Positions 47,397-58,510 of a stretch of 58,510 bases of DNA are shown here, one piece after another. Below the pieces are notes generated by a model, which was given only the letters and a program-made list of their open reading frames with translations, was not told the DNA's origin and searched no databases. Numbering within the stretch: position 1 is the first letter of the stretch; each line of letters begins with the position of its first letter. This stretch comes from an uncultured Methanosarcinales archaeon (GTDB lineage: Archaea > Nanobdellota > Nanobdellia > Woesearchaeales > CAYMBN01): assembly GCA_964388715.1 (NCBI GenBank), contig CAYMBN010000008.1, positions 1-58,510 of the forward strand, written 5' to 3'. Made by a program: the position numbers and the translations under genes.

Positions 47397-47858
47397 TTAT
47401 CTTTTTTCTATATATTCTTTTAAATGATTATAAATAACATGCACAGCAACTAATATTGCACTAGCTGGCTCTTTCCTAGGTTTACTTATATCAGATTCAG
47501 TGATTAAATCAATCAAAATTTTATTAGAATTTGTATCCTCATCAAATCCTCTTGAAGTACTAATCCTTTTAGGTAATTCCCAGCTTTCAATTTCACTCAA
47601 ATTAACTTGTCCTTTTTCTTTTACCCTTAAATGTATATCAAGTTGATATTTTCCTTCAGATTCATTATGTTTAACAATTCCAACATCAAAAAATTCATCT
47701 GGTCTTGTCATAATTACATCATAAGCAGTCATATCATAATCTCTACTTTGTTCTTTCATTCCTAATTGTTCATAGCCTTGTCTAATCAATCCTTGGGTTG
47801 TAGCGTTAATAAAATAAAATTCTCCTAGACCAGCCTCACTTTTATCTAATGGTATCAT
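47397..47858 (-). CDS. Hypothetical protein (paralog of 47928-48389)
   Basis: LIRQGYEQL...YDVIMTRPDEFFDVGIVK...YQLDIH...ELP. Confidence 0.65.
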   Translation of the reverse strand: MIPLDKSEAGLGEFYFINATTQGLIRQGYEQLGMKEQSRDYDMTAYDVIMTRPDEFFDVGIVKHNESEGKYQLDIHLRVKEKGQVNLSEIESWELPKRISTSRGFDEDTNSNKILIDLITESDISKPRKEPASAILVAVHVIYNHLKEYIEKR

Positions 47859-47927
47859 ACATAAAAAACAAATAAGAACCCTTTTAATATTTTATTATAA
47901 TAGAAAGTATAGTTTACTTTCTCCCTT

Positions 47928-48389
47928 TTAATACCTTAATAATACACTTTTCTTCACAGCATTATACGCAGCATTAATAACCCTAACAATAGATTCAAAA
48001 GGTTGCTGTACAGAATATTGAGTTTCACTTGTCCTAAAAAACATTTTTATTTTACCTTTCTCATTCTTATCTTTCTCAGGCCCAATTTTTTCAATTTCAT
48101 CAGGTAACTCTTCATTATACAATTTACCAAAAGTAGGTAAAATAGACGCAAGCTTAGAGTAAATATCTAATCTGTAAACTCCTTTTTCAGGATTTTCTTT
48201 TTTTACACACACATCAAACCATTCTTTAGGTTTTATCATAACCAAATCATAATCTCCCTGATAATATGTGCCGCTTCTTTGCTCATTTTCAAGTTTCTTA
48301 TATCCTTCATGAACCAATCTTGAAGCCAAAAGTTCTAGAACTCCATTACCACTATTTCTTATTTCTTCATCATCAATATCATATCCCAT
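47928..48389 (-). CDS. Hypothetical protein (paralog of 47397-47858)
   Basis: LVHEGYKKL...YDLVMIKPKEWFDVCVKK...YRLDIY...ELP. Confidence 0.65.
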   Translation of the reverse strand: MGYDIDDEEIRNSGNGVLELLASRLVHEGYKKLENEQRSGTYYQGDYDLVMIKPKEWFDVCVKKENPEKGVYRLDIYSKLASILPTFGKLYNEELPDEIEKIGPEKDKNEKGKIKMFFRTSETQYSVQQPFESIVRVINAAYNAVKKSVLLRY

Positions 48390-48496
48390 ATCTCCTGGAA
48401 TTTCTACTTAGTATTAATATTTTTTGAAAAACTTTATAAATCCAAAACAAAACCCTCTTTCTAAATTATTAAAAAACAAACACGGGGGTGTGTTAT

Positions 48497-50524
48497 ATGT
48501 TATTATGGATAATGTTAATAGCAATTCTTGCTTTGTTGTTCGCAACTGTATTAGTAGTCTTTATTGCAAAACAAAGTGCAGGAAATGAAAGAATGCAGGA
48601 GATTGCGCAGGCAATCAGAGAAGGTGCAATGGCTTTTCTCAAGAGAGAATATAAAATTCTGTTTATCTTTCTGGTAATAATGGCAATCATTTTAGCAGTT
48701 TTCTTAGATGATCCAAAAACCGCAGTTAATGAAGGAATATATACAACAATTGCATTTATTGTTGGTGCTTTATTCTCAGCACTTGCTGGTTTTATTGGAA
48801 TGAGCATTGCAACAAAAGCAAATGTAAGAACAACAGAAGCAGCAAAGAAAGGTTTCAAAGCACTAAGAATAGCTTTCTCAGGTGGAGCTGTTATGGGACT
48901 TACAGTTGTTGGCCTAGGACTTTTAGGCTTAAGCGGTGTTTATTACTTATATACATCATACTTAGGAATCCAACCAAGCATTGTTGTTAATGTAATTGCA
49001 GGATTCGGATTCGGAGCTTCATCCATAGCCCTATTCGCCAGAGTAGGAGGAGGAATTTACACAAAAGCAGCTGACGTAGGTGCAGACTTAGTTGGTAAAG
49101 TTGAAGCAGGAATACCAGAAGATGATCCAAGAAACCCAGCAGTTATCGCAGACAATGTTGGAGATAATGTTGGAGATGTTGCAGGTATGGGAGCAGACTT
49201 ATATGAAAGTTACGTTGGCTCAATCATTGCTGCAATGGTAATTGGAATTGTAATGTTTGGTATTAATGGTTTAATGTTACCAATGGCTCTAGCAGCATTA
49301 GGTATTTTATGTTCAATAATAGGAACATTTTTTGTAAGAGTTAAAAAAGAAGCAAAAGTACACGGTTCATTAAGAAACGGTCTTTTGGTTGCAACAGTTC
49401 TTATGTTAATTGGAGCATTCTTTGTAACAAAATGGATTTTACCAGACACAATCACAGTGTATTATGCAATGGTAGCTGGTTTAATTGGTGGAGTATTGAT
49501 TGGACTTTTAACAGAATACTATACTTCTGACAAATATAAACCAGTTAGAGCAGTTGCAGAAGCTTCAAAAACAGGTTCAGCAACAAACATAATCCATGGT
49601 TTAGCACTAGGTTATCAAAGTACAGCTATTCCAGCATTAGTTTTAGCAGTTGCAATTTATCTTGCATATCATTTTTCAGGAATTTATGGTATTGCAATTG
49701 CAGGAGTAGGAATGTTATCAACATTAGGAATCAGTTTAGCAACAGATGCTTATGGACCTATTGCTGATAACGCAGGTGGAATTGCAGAAATGGCTAACTT
49801 ACCAAAAAGAGTCAGAAAAGTTACAGACGCTTTAGATTCAGCAGGAAACACAACAGCTGCAATTGGTAAAGGTTTTGCAATTGGTTCAGCAGCCTTGACA
49901 GCACTTGCTTTATTTTCAGCATTTACACAATCAGGAAACCTTTCAGCAATTGACATAATGAATCCATTAGTAATAGCAGGATTATTAGTTGGTGCAATGT
50001 TACCTTATTTCTTCTGTTCAATCGCAATGCGTGCAGTAGGAAGAGCAGCATTCCAAATGATTGAAGAAGTTAGACGACAATTTAGAACAATTAAAGGTTT
50101 AATGAAAGGTAAAGCAAAACCAGATCATGCAAAATGTGTTGACATTGCAACAAAAGGTGCACTAAAAGAAATGATTATTCCAGGATCAATGGCAGTAATA
50201 GTACCAGTCCTTGTTGGATTGTTGTTTGGCATGGAAGCACTTGGTGGATTACTTGCAGGAACATTAGTATCAGGAGTAATGTTAGCAATATCAATGGCAA
50301 ATTCTGGTGGTGCATGGGACAATGCAAAGAAATATATTGAATCAGGCAAACTTGGTGGAAAAGGTTCTGACACACACAAAGCTGCTGTTGTTGGTGACAC
50401 AGTTGGTGACCCATTCAAAGACACAGCAGGACCATCATTAAACATCCTGATAAAATTAATGAGCATTGTTTCACTAGTATTTATCCCATTATTTGTTAAA
50501 TACGGTGGATTATTGCTTGGATAA
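48497..50524 (+). CDS. hppA: Membrane-bound pyrophosphatase, K+-dependent type (likely Na+-translocating)
   Basis: [35 protein letters not shown] (Ala at the K+-dependence position), [15 protein letters not shown]. Confidence 0.96.
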   Translation: MLLWIMLIAILALLFATVLVVFIAKQSAGNERMQEIAQAIREGAMAFLKREYKILFIFLVIMAIILAVFLDDPKTAVNEGIYTTIAFIVGALFSALAGFIGMSIATKANVRTTEAAKKGFKALRIAFSGGAVMGLTVVGLGLLGLSGVYYLYTSYLGIQPSIVVNVIAGFGFGASSIALFARVGGGIYTKAADVGADLVGKVEAGIPEDDPRNPAVIADNVGDNVGDVAGMGADLYESYVGSIIAAMVIGIVMFGINGLMLPMALAALGILCSIIGTFFVRVKKEAKVHGSLRNGLLVATVLMLIGAFFVTKWILPDTITVYYAMVAGLIGGVLIGLLTEYYTSDKYKPVRAVAEASKTGSATNIIHGLALGYQSTAIPALVLAVAIYLAYHFSGIYGIAIAGVGMLSTLGISLATDAYGPIADNAGGIAEMANLPKRVRKVTDALDSAGNTTAAIGKGFAIGSAALTALALFSAFTQSGNLSAIDIMNPLVIAGLLVGAMLPYFFCSIAMRAVGRAAFQMIEEVRRQFRTIKGLMKGKAKPDHAKCVDIATKGALKEMIIPGSMAVIVPVLVGLLFGMEALGGLLAGTLVSGVMLAISMANSGGAWDNAKKYIESGKLGGKGSDTHKAAVVGDTVGDPFKDTAGPSLNILIKLMSIVSLVFIPLFVKYGGLLLG

Positions 50525-50671
50525 ACTTTTTTTATTTTTTACTTATTTTTTCTCATTTTTCCTCAAAAAACCGAAACATTTATAAATAATTAGTTATTCT
50601 ATAGTGGTAACAAAAGAGGTTCTAGTAGATAATTATTTAAATCCTTATAATATAGTACGAGGTTATACAAA

Positions 50672-51382
50672 ATGGTTATGAATCTTGAAAACATGTCTCC
50701 AGAAATGAAAGCAGCTGTTGGTGCTGGAGCACTAACTCTAGAAATTTTAATAGCAGGTTGTGGTGGAGGCAGTGGTGGCACTGGTATTTCTGAAGTTATT
50801 GATTATATTACTAGTAGATACCAAAATGCAATCTCAGGAAAAAACATTGTAATTGTTCCAGGAAATTATAATTTTGAAGGAAACGGTTTCAGTGTTCCAC
50901 AAAGAGCAGATTATCCAAGTGTTACTGTCACTGAACTAGGTTCAACAAATCAAACTAATTTTGGTAATATGGATGAACCAAACCATGCAACAAATAGAGA
51001 TGATATTTCTTCAACTAAAAAATTACTTTGGGTTGTTTATGAAGGAACACATGGAGTTGCTGTTCCTGTCAAAGTAGATAAAGGCGACAAAGATGCAGAT
51101 GTTGTTAAAGGTTCTTATCCTAATGGTCTTGATCACGAAATCAATGTTGGTGATGATGCTTACATAATTTTCTGGGGATTTGAAGATAGTATTAACAAAT
51201 TTTTCAATGAAAAAGATAATTTAGATCAACTAGACGCTTATCTTCATAACAGAGGATCAAGCATCCCAGATGCAAATGTTTCTGGTGAAAGACTAAGACA
51301 ATTACTTGAAGAAATGCTACCAAACTACAAAAGAAAAGAAGATGAATATTTACGTCATAGAGATAAAGTAGCTTTATCATAA
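50672..51382 (+). CDS. Hypothetical lipoprotein-like protein
   Basis: LIAGC lipobox-like followed by GGGSGG linker. Confidence 0.6.
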   Translation: MVMNLENMSPEMKAAVGAGALTLEILIAGCGGGSGGTGISEVIDYITSRYQNAISGKNIVIVPGNYNFEGNGFSVPQRADYPSVTVTELGSTNQTNFGNMDEPNHATNRDDISSTKKLLWVVYEGTHGVAVPVKVDKGDKDADVVKGSYPNGLDHEINVGDDAYIIFWGFEDSINKFFNEKDNLDQLDAYLHNRGSSIPDANVSGERLRQLLEEMLPNYKRKEDEYLRHRDKVALS

Positions 51383-51441
51383 TTATAAATTAAAGGGGGT
51401 AACAAAAAAGGTAGTTAGATATAATCATAATTACACAAAAA

Positions 51442-54400
51442 ATGAACTTAAAAAGGCAACTTTTGGCATTGTACACCATACTTTTAATAGTTTTAATGCC
51501 AGTAAATATTTCTGCTACTGATAATGCACCTGATGTAACAATAACTTCTAGTGCAACAACAACTTACGTTAACAAAGATTTTACTTTAACAATTAAAGGA
51601 ACAGACGATGTTGGTCTAGACCTGATTGCATATAAAGAAGAAAATGAAGAAGACTGGCACAGATTTAATTGTGATAATTCAACTAAATGTGAGGAAAATG
51701 TAACATTAAGTATGGATCAAGTTGGTCTTTACCGTTTTGTTGGCGCTGCTAAAGATGTTATAAATCAAAAAGCAAGTGACAGTGTTTTCATTTCAGTCTT
51801 ACAAAACAACCCACCTCAAATATCTTCACCTAATCCAGAACAAATAGTTGATATTGATGAAGGTTCTTCACAAGGTTTTAGTGCAACTATCACAAACTCT
51901 GAAGATGATTATGGAGAAATACTTGATTATGAATGGAAACTAGATAACCAAATTGTTAGTGATGGAGAAATCTCAAGCGGAATTCTATTTTATCTTTACA
52001 CTCAAGATGATTATGATGAAGCAACAAGAACACATGAACCAACCCATACATTATCATTAACAGCTACAGATGAAGCAGATCAAATAGCATCTTATCAATG
52101 GAACATAACAATCAAAAATGTCAACAGAAAACCAACTTTAGATTATGTTGAATTACCAAATACAGATAAGTACACAGATGATGAAATAACATGTACTGTT
52201 TATGGTGCAGAAGATCTTGACAATGATCCAATTACTTATCGTTATTCCTGGAAAAGTAACGGTGGAATCTATCCAATAAGACATGAAGAAAAAACATCAA
52301 ACACAGATACTCTTGACTGTGGAATAACACAACACTGTGATAAAGATGACTTAATCAGTTGTGAAGTAGAATTAGTTGATACTCAAACAGTAAGTGAAAC
52401 AAAGATTGACAGTTTAACAATCCTAAACACTGCTCCTGAATTTACAAGCGTCGCTTTAACACCAGAACAACCTCAAAAAGAAGATATGTTAATATGTACT
52501 GCAGATGGTTTCTCAGATGCAGATAATGATGCAGAACAATTTAGATTTACATGGAAAAGTGATGATGATCAAATTAAACAAATTACAAAAACAAGTAATG
52601 TTGACTCAATAAGTTGTGAAACAGAATCTTTATGTGAAAAAAATAAAATAATTACTTGTGATGTTGAAGCTTATGATGGAGAAGATTATAGTAATATAAT
52701 TAGTAATAATAAGGAAATTCAAAACACAATACCTTCTTTCAACACAACTCACATTACTCAAGAAGTTTACACAGATACTTTAATTGAATGTACTGCTACA
52801 GGTTGGACAGATCCAGATGCAAATGATTTTGCAAAATATGATTGGATATGGTTTATTAACGGAAACATAACACAAACAGAACAAGACTCAACATCCTCAA
52901 CATTAAATTGTGACACAGTTACTGGCTGTGAAAAAGATAAACAAGTAACATGTGAAGCAACACCAAAAGATGATGATTCAGCAGGAATTCCAAAATCAAG
53001 TAATATCACAGTACAAAACACAATCCCAACAATTGACTCAGTTTCAATAACAGATCCAGCAGATAAAACAACAGAAATAATTGCAACTCCAATTGGCTGG
53101 AATGACCCAGATGAAAATGATGATCCAATCTATCAATATAAATGGTCAAGAAATGATGCTGGACTAGGATTTGGTCCTAACTCTGCAACTTATTCTGGTG
53201 ATAAAATAAGAGGAGATATAATTAAAGTAAGAGTCACTCCTTATGATGATACTGTTGGTTATAACACTCATTCAAAAAAACATGTAGAAGTAACAATCAC
53301 AAACGCAAATCCAGTTATCTCAGATGTAACAATCACACCAGAAAACGCTTACACAAATTCAACATTAACAGGTTCTGGAACTTTCTTTGATCCAGACACA
53401 GTTGACTTTGACGATGCAGAACAAGGTTCAACTTACAAATGGTTTGTAAACAACGAACTTGTTGGAACAAACAAAAACCTAACACCAGACTTATTCAACA
53501 AACACGATAATATTACTTTTGAATACACACCAATGGACAACCTAAGTTTAGCAGGAGACCCTGTAAACTCAACCCCAATCACAATCTCAAACACACCACC
53601 TGTATTCACAGATATCTCAGTTACCCAAAATGTTTACACAAATGATATCATAACATGTACACCTTCAGGTTTCAGTGACATTGACAATGATGCAGAGAAT
53701 TATACTTATGAATGGAGAATTGATGAAGAAATTGTTGAAGGACAAACTTCAAACACTTTTGACTGTTCAGTTGAAGGATGCGACAGAGACAAACCAATAG
53801 ATTGTTATGCAACTGCTGTTGATGATAATAATGCATTAGGAAATACTCTTGTTGCAAGTACTACAATACTTAACACTGCTCCAGAAGTAACAAATGTTCA
53901 CATTGAACCAGCACAACCATACACAACAGACAAACTAGAATGTGTTTACGATTTTAGCGATGCAGACAATAATGTAGAAGATGGTTCAACTTACAGATGG
54001 TTTAAGAACCAAGCTTTAACAGGATTAACAACTAAAGAAATTTCAAGTTCAAATTCAATCAAACATGAAACATGGTCATGCGAAACTACTCCTAATGATG
54101 GAACTAATGAAGGAATCCCAATTAATTCAACAAATACAACAATAAAAAACACACCACCAGAAATAACCAACATTGCAATCACTCCAGAAATTGCTTATAC
54201 AAATACTACATTAATAACAGAACTTGGTTATTTTGATGCTGATAATGACGTTGAAGGTGGCTCTATACTTGAATGGTTTGTAAATGATATTCTTGTTGGA
54301 GGCGCTAACACACCAGTACTTTCTTATGAAAATTTTAGTAAGGGAGATATTGTAAAATTTGTTTATAATGTTCATGATGAAGAAGAATTTGGAGTTTCAG

Positions 54401-57400
54401 AATCAGCTAATATAACTATAAGTAACTACCACCCAACATGGGACTCCCTACCAAGAAATCGTGCAATAATTGAAGACAATCCTTTAACATACAATATTGA
54501 TGCAAGTGATATTGATACAGTTGACACAGTTAATTATTTTGTTAATGATCCTGAATTTTCAATTGACAGCCAAGGCGTATTAACTTACACTCCTCAAGCA
54601 AACTGGACAGGTAAAAAAACAATAACCTTAACTGCTTCAGACAGTTTTGAAAACATAACTACTTCAATTGATGTAACAGTTCTTCCTGATAATGATCCAC
54701 TTTTTATCATAACTCCATTCCAAAATTTTGAAATGGACGAAGATACAGAATCAGATGAAATTTACCTAACAGACATCTTTGGTGATATTGATACTGTAAA
54801 TGATTTCCTAATTGATGTAATTAATGAAAGTGAAGAAAAACTTTACGAAATAAAAGGAAAAGATTACTTAGTAGAAGCTTTAAACATTGACCTTAACACT
54901 GTCAACTTAAAAATTGATTATCAAACATATGAATTTGGAATTGGTGACTCAAATCAATTGCCAGATGAAATGAAAGTAGCTGTAAAAGATATTCTAGTTG
55001 GCACTCCAAATAAAGCAGAATTAATGTTCTACACTGACAGTCAACAGATGATGTATTCAGTAGATGGAGAAAATAACATTAATGTATACATCGGTGATGA
55101 TGATGTTACTTTTGTTCCAAAACCAAACTGGTTTGGCAATGAAACAATTACTTTTGAAGCAAACGACGGCCAATATCAAATAAGTGATGACATTACTGTA
55201 ACTGTAAAAAGTATGAATGACCTTCCTACAATCAACTTAACAGGACCAACACCAAATCAATGGTACAAAGAAGTCATTCCTGTTAGCGCAGATGCTAATG
55301 ACATTGATCCTGATTATGGTATCGCAAATGTATTATTTGAATACTCTCTTGACTCAGACACAAATGGAGAAAATGGAAACTGGAATTTAATATCAAATAT
55401 AACAACTGAACCTTATGAAACAGTAACAGATAGCACATTATATTTAGACAACTCTTTAAACAATAATGTATGGATAAAAGCAACTGTTCATGATAGTTAT
55501 GGAGCATCTGTCTCAGACAAATTAAAAATAATGGTTGATAATGAAGCACCTACAACAACTGATTCAGGTACAGATACAGATTGGCATAATGAGAATGTTA
55601 TAATTACTCTTTCATGCGAAGATGGGATTGGTTCTGGATGCAACCAAACATTTTATTGTATTGGAAGTGATACTTGCATTCCTGACCAGATTTATGATAA
55701 TGGGATAACAGTTTCAGAGGAAGCTATTAGATATGTAAGATTCTTTTCAAATGATACTCTTGGTAATCAAGAAACAGTTCAATTTACTGATAACACTGTT
55801 AAGATTGATAAAACTGAGCCTTTTGTTGATGCTGGTCCAAATATTAAAACTAATGAAGAAAAGTTACTTAATGGGGTTGTTGAAGGCGGATTAAGCGGAG
55901 AAAATACTTTTTCATGGACAAAAACAAATGGTCCAGGACAAGTATCATTTAATATTCCTGATCAAGAAGATACTCTTGTTTCAGCTGATATTAATGGGGT
56001 TTATACAATAAGATTAACAGCAACAGATGGTGCTGGTAACATTGCATTTGATGAAATGTTATTTACTTGGGACACAGCTAGCCCAAATGTTAATGTTGGT
56101 GTTGATAGAATTACTAATGTTTCTATTTTTCTAAATGCAACAGTTGAAGATACTTTAAGTAACATAACTAATTATGCTTGGGTAGAAGCATCAGAAGATG
56201 CACCAGGTAATTTAACTTTTAACCCACGTGATACAGAAAACACAACAGTTTCAGCTGATGCTGATGGGGTTTATATAGTAAGATTAAAAGTTAGTGATGA
56301 AGCTGGAAATACTGGGGCTGATGATCTTTCATTTACATGGGACACTACACCTCCTAATATATTTGGATCAAACATAGAAAATACAATAGAATATGGTCAA
56401 GATGTTGAAGTAAGAGTTAATACAACAGATTTAACAGAAATAAGCTCTGTTTTTGCAGATGTTAATCAAACATTACATGAAATGACTGTTGAGTCAGGTA
56501 GTACTTACTTAACAACTATTTCAGATCTAGAAGTAGGAACATATAATGTCCAATATATAGCAAACGACTCTTTCAATCAAGTTAATAACACTATTACAGA
56601 CTTGTTTGAAGTGATAGACACAATAGATCCTGTTTTTACAGTAGAACTTTCAAATGAAACTAAAGAGTTTGCAACAGATTCAGTTAGTCAAGATTTAGAA
56701 GCAACAGATCTAAGTGGCATCGCAAGTTATGAAGTCAATGATAATACAAACTTTGAAATAGATAGTAATGGTCTACTAACAAACAAAACCAGTCTAGCTG
56801 TAGGTACATACAATTTAATTGTAACAGCAACAGACAATCATGCTAGAACATCAACTACAATCTGTACAATCACAGTTCAAGACACAATAGACCCAGAGTT
56901 CACAACAATACCTTCTAATGAAGAAGTTGTTTATGGCCAAGAATGGTCAGGTGTACAGTTTGAAGCAGACGATCTAAGCGGTATTGATACTTATTATATA
57001 GATGATACTAATAGATTTAATATAGATGGAACAGGATTGTTAACTTGGAACAACGCACTAGATGTTGGTGAATATTATATAGAAGTTTTTGTAAATGATA
57101 CTCAAGGAAATGATAATTCAGTAATTTATAATTTAAATATTACCAAGAAAGGTTTAACAATCACTGCAAATAGTGATACAAAAGTTTATGATTCAGTAGC
57201 ATATAGTGGAGGTAATGGTGTAACTTATGACGGATTTGTAGGAAGCGAAGACCAAACAGTCCTTAGTGGAACACTATCTTACACAGGTACAAGCCAAAGT
57301 GCAACAGAAGTAGGCACTTATGTAATCACACCTCAAGGTTTAACCTCAGACAATTATAATATTGCTTTTGTTGGTGCTCAGTTAAGTATCACTCAAAGAC

Positions 57401-58510
57401 CAATTACAGTCACAGCAGATGCAAGCCAAAGCAAAGTTTATGGAGAAGATGACACAACATTCACATACACAATCACTTCAGGCAACCTAGTAGGTTCAGA
57501 TAGTTTCTCAGGTTCACTAGGCAGAGATGCTGGTGAAGATGTAAATACTTACGCAATCACACAAGGAACCCTAACAGCAGGTTCAAATTATGATTTAAAT
57601 TTTGTCTCAGACAACTTTGCAATCACTCAAAGACCAATTACAGTCACTGCAGACGCAAGCCAAAGCAAAGTTTATGGAGAATCAGACTCAGAATTCACAT
57701 ACACAATCACATCAGGCTATTTAGTAGGAAGTGATAGTTTCTCAGGCACACTTAGTAGAGATGCTGGTGAAGATGTAGGAACTTATGAAATTACTCAGAA
57801 TACTCTAACTGCTGGTAGCAATTATGATCTAAGTTTTGTTTCTGACAATTTTGAGATCACAAAATCACAATTAACTATAACAGCAAATGATGATACTAAA
57901 GTTTATGACGCAATTGGTTATAGTAATGGAAATGATGTAACATATGATGGTTTTGTAAGTGGAGATAATGAAAATGATCTTACAGGAGCATTATCATACA
58001 CAGGTACAAGTCAAGGTGCAACAGAAGTAGGCACTTATGTAATCACACCTCAAGGTTTAACCTCAGACAATTATCAAATTAGTTTTGAAGATGGAACACT
58101 TAATATCACAGCTAGAGACTTAACACTAACAAACTTCGTAGCAAACAACAAAGTATATGATGGCACAATTGGTATCACAGGTGATAATTTTGATGATGAT
58201 AGAATTCAAGATGATGAATTAACCTTTTCATATGACATATCATTCGAAGATAAGAACGTAGGCACAGACAAAGATGTTGACTTCACAAACATTGCAATTA
58301 ATGGTGGAGCTGATCAGAATAATTATAATCTTGTAACAACTTCAGGAACTGCAGTTGCAAACATCACAGCAAAAGATCTAACCTTAACAAACTTTGTAGC
58401 AAACAACAAAGTCTATGACACTACAACTGATGTAACAGGTAATGATTTTGATGACGATCGTTTAGGAAGCGACGAATTAACATTCTCATACAACGTAGCA
58501 TTTGAAGATA
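51442..58510 (+). CDS. Giant secreted adhesin/surface protein (>2350 aa, runs off window end): Ig/cadherin-like repeats, then MBG and YDG repeats
   Basis: Manual translation MNLKRQLLALYTILLIVLMPVNISATDNAP...; repeated NT.P...D.D.D...Y.W...C...P.D modules; TITANSDTKVYD / TVTADASQSKVYG (MBG-like); ANNKVYDG...FEDKNVGTDK (YDG-like). Not in the ORF track because no stop is in the window. Confidence 0.88.
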   Translation, partial: MNLKRQLLALYTILLIVLMPVNISATDNAPDVTITSSATTTYVNKDFTLTIKGTDDVGLDLIAYKEENEEDWHRFNCDNSTKCEENVTLSMDQVGLYRFVGAAKDVINQKASDSVFISVLQNNPPQISSPNPEQIVDIDEGSSQGFSATITNSEDDYGEILDYEWKLDNQIVSDGEISSGILFYLYTQDDYDEATRTHEPTHTLSLTATDEADQIASYQWNITIKNVNRKPTLDYVELPNTDKYTDDEITCTVYGAEDLDNDPITYRYSWKSNGGIYPIRHEEKTSNTDTLDCGITQHCDKDDLISCEVELVDTQTVSETKIDSLTILNTAPEFTSVALTPEQPQKEDMLICTADGFSDADNDAEQFRFTWKSDDDQIKQITKTSNVDSISCETESLCEKNKIITCDVEAYDGEDYSNIISNNKEIQNTIPSFNTTHITQEVYTDTLIECTATGWTDPDANDFAKYDWIWFINGNITQTEQDSTSSTLNCDTVTGCEKDKQVTCEATPKDDDSAGIPKSSNITVQNTIPTIDSVSITDPADKTTEIIATPIGWNDPDENDDPIYQYKWSRNDAGLGFGPNSATYSGDKIRGDIIKVRVTPYDDTVGYNTHSKKHVEVTITNANPVISDVTITPENAYTNSTLTGSGTFFDPDTVDFDDAEQGSTYKWFVNNELVGTNKNLTPDLFNKHDNITFEYTPMDNLSLAGDPVNSTPITISNTPPVFTDISVTQNVYTNDIITCTPSGFSDIDNDAENYTYEWRIDEEIVEGQTSNTFDCSVEGCDRDKPIDCYATAVDDNNALGNTLVASTTILNTAPEVTNVHIEPAQPYTTDKLECVYDFSDADNNVEDGSTYRWFKNQALTGLTTKEISSSNSIKHETWSCETTPNDGTNEGIPINSTNTTIKNTPPEITNIAITPEIAYTNTTLITELGYFDADNDVEGGSILEWFVNDILVGGANTPVLSYENFSKGDIVKFVYNVHDEEEFGVSESANITISNYHPTWDSLPRNRAIIEDNPLTYNIDASDIDTVDTVNYFVNDPEFSIDSQGVLTYTPQANWTGKKTITLTASDSFENITTSIDVTVLPDNDPLFIITPFQNFEMDEDTESDEIYLTDIFGDIDTVNDFLIDVINESEEKLYEIKGKDYLVEALNIDLNTVNLKIDYQTYEFGIGDSNQLPDEMKVAVKDILVGTPNKAELMFYTDSQQMMYSVDGENNINVYIGDDDVTFVPKPNWFGNETITFEANDGQYQISDDITVTVKSMNDLPTINLTGPTPNQWYKEVIPVSADANDIDPDYGIANVLFEYSLDSDTNGENGNWNLISNITTEPYETVTDSTLYLDNSLNNNVWIKATVHDSYGASVSDKLKIMVDNEAPTTTDSGTDTDWHNENVIITLSCEDGIGSGCNQTFYCIGSDTCIPDQIYDNGITVSEEAIRYVRFFSNDTLGNQETVQFTDNTVKIDKTEPFVDAGPNIKTNEEKLLNGVVEGGLSGENTFSWTKTNGPGQVSFNIPDQEDTLVSADINGVYTIRLTATDGAGNIAFDEMLFTWDTASPNVNVGVDRITNVSIFLNATVEDTLSNITNYAWVEASEDAPGNLTFNPRDTENTTVSADADGVYIVRLKVSDEAGNTGADDLSFTWDTTPPNIFGSNIENTIEYGQDVEVRVNTTDLTEISSVFADVNQTLHEMTVESGSTYLTTISDLEVGTYNVQYIANDSFNQVNNTITDLFEVIDTIDPVFTVELSNETKEFATDSVSQDLEATDLSGIASYEVNDNTNFEIDSNGLLTNKTSLAVGTYNLIVTATDNHARTSTTICTITVQDTIDPEFTTIPSNEEVVYGQEWSGVQFEADDLSGIDTYYIDDTNRFNIDGTGLLTWNNALDVGEYYIEVFVNDTQGNDNSVIYNLNITKKGLTITANSDTKVYDSVAYSGGNGVTYDGFVGSEDQTVLSGTLSYTGTSQSATEVGTYVITPQGLTSDNYNIAFVGAQLSITQRPITVTADASQSKVYGEDDTTFTYTITSGNLVGSDSFSGSLGRDAGEDVNTYAITQGTLTAGSNYDLNFVSDNFAITQRPITVTADASQSKVYGESDSEFTYTITSGYLVGSDSFSGTLSRDAGEDVGTYEITQNTLTAGSNYDLSFVSDNFEITKSQLTITANDDTKVYDAIGYSNGNDVTYDGFVSGDNENDLTGALSYTGTSQGATEVGTYVITPQGLTSDNYQISFEDGTLNITARDLTLTNFVANNKVYDGTIGITGDNFDDDRIQDDELTFSYDISFEDKNVGTDKDVDFTNIAINGGADQNNYNLVTTSGTAVANITAKDLTLTNFVANNKVYDTTTDVTGNDFDDDRLGSDELTFSYNVAFED

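Noticed and set aside
52767..55549. Small minus-strand ORFs inside the giant adhesin gene
   Set aside because: Antisense shadows with no protein-like features.
57140..58510. Near-identical repeats as diversity-generating retroelement TR/VR
   Set aside because: They are in-frame domain duplications, differences are not adenine-specific, and no reverse transcriptase is in the window.

Overview
AT-rich archaeal chromosome segment, most likely a DPANN lineage (Woesearchaeota-like). The call rests on archaeal-type uS15, SRP54, XPD, Hel308, Pth2, TATA-box promoters and tRNAs with bulge-helix-bulge (BHB) introns. It carries a bacterial-type MEP isoprenoid operon (ispG-dxr-ispD-orf-ispF-HD-ispE-ispH::polyprenyl synthase, converging on uppS; no dxs in the window) and two very large secreted repeat proteins that run off either end. 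It also holds housekeeping genes (thrS, pckA, hppA, manC) and a tRNA-Val/Gly/Ile cluster with five BHB introns, including a rare tRNA-Ile(UAU). The strongest signals missing from the ORF track are: (1) a 32-codon leader peptide with 11 Thr codons, a hairpin and a U-tract directly upstream of thrS, resembling amino-acid-sensing attenuation in an archaeon; (2) a ~310-nt structured ncRNA candidate with its own TATA box, two UUCG hairpins and two predicted pseudoknots; (3) a two-copy MITE-like element, one copy carrying a nested 52-bp palindrome; (4) a Hel308 lacking its N-terminal ATPase domain; (5) an outer-membrane-beta-barrel-like protein. A 100-N assembly gap lies at 37768-37867. All calls are from manual reading; no database searches were run.
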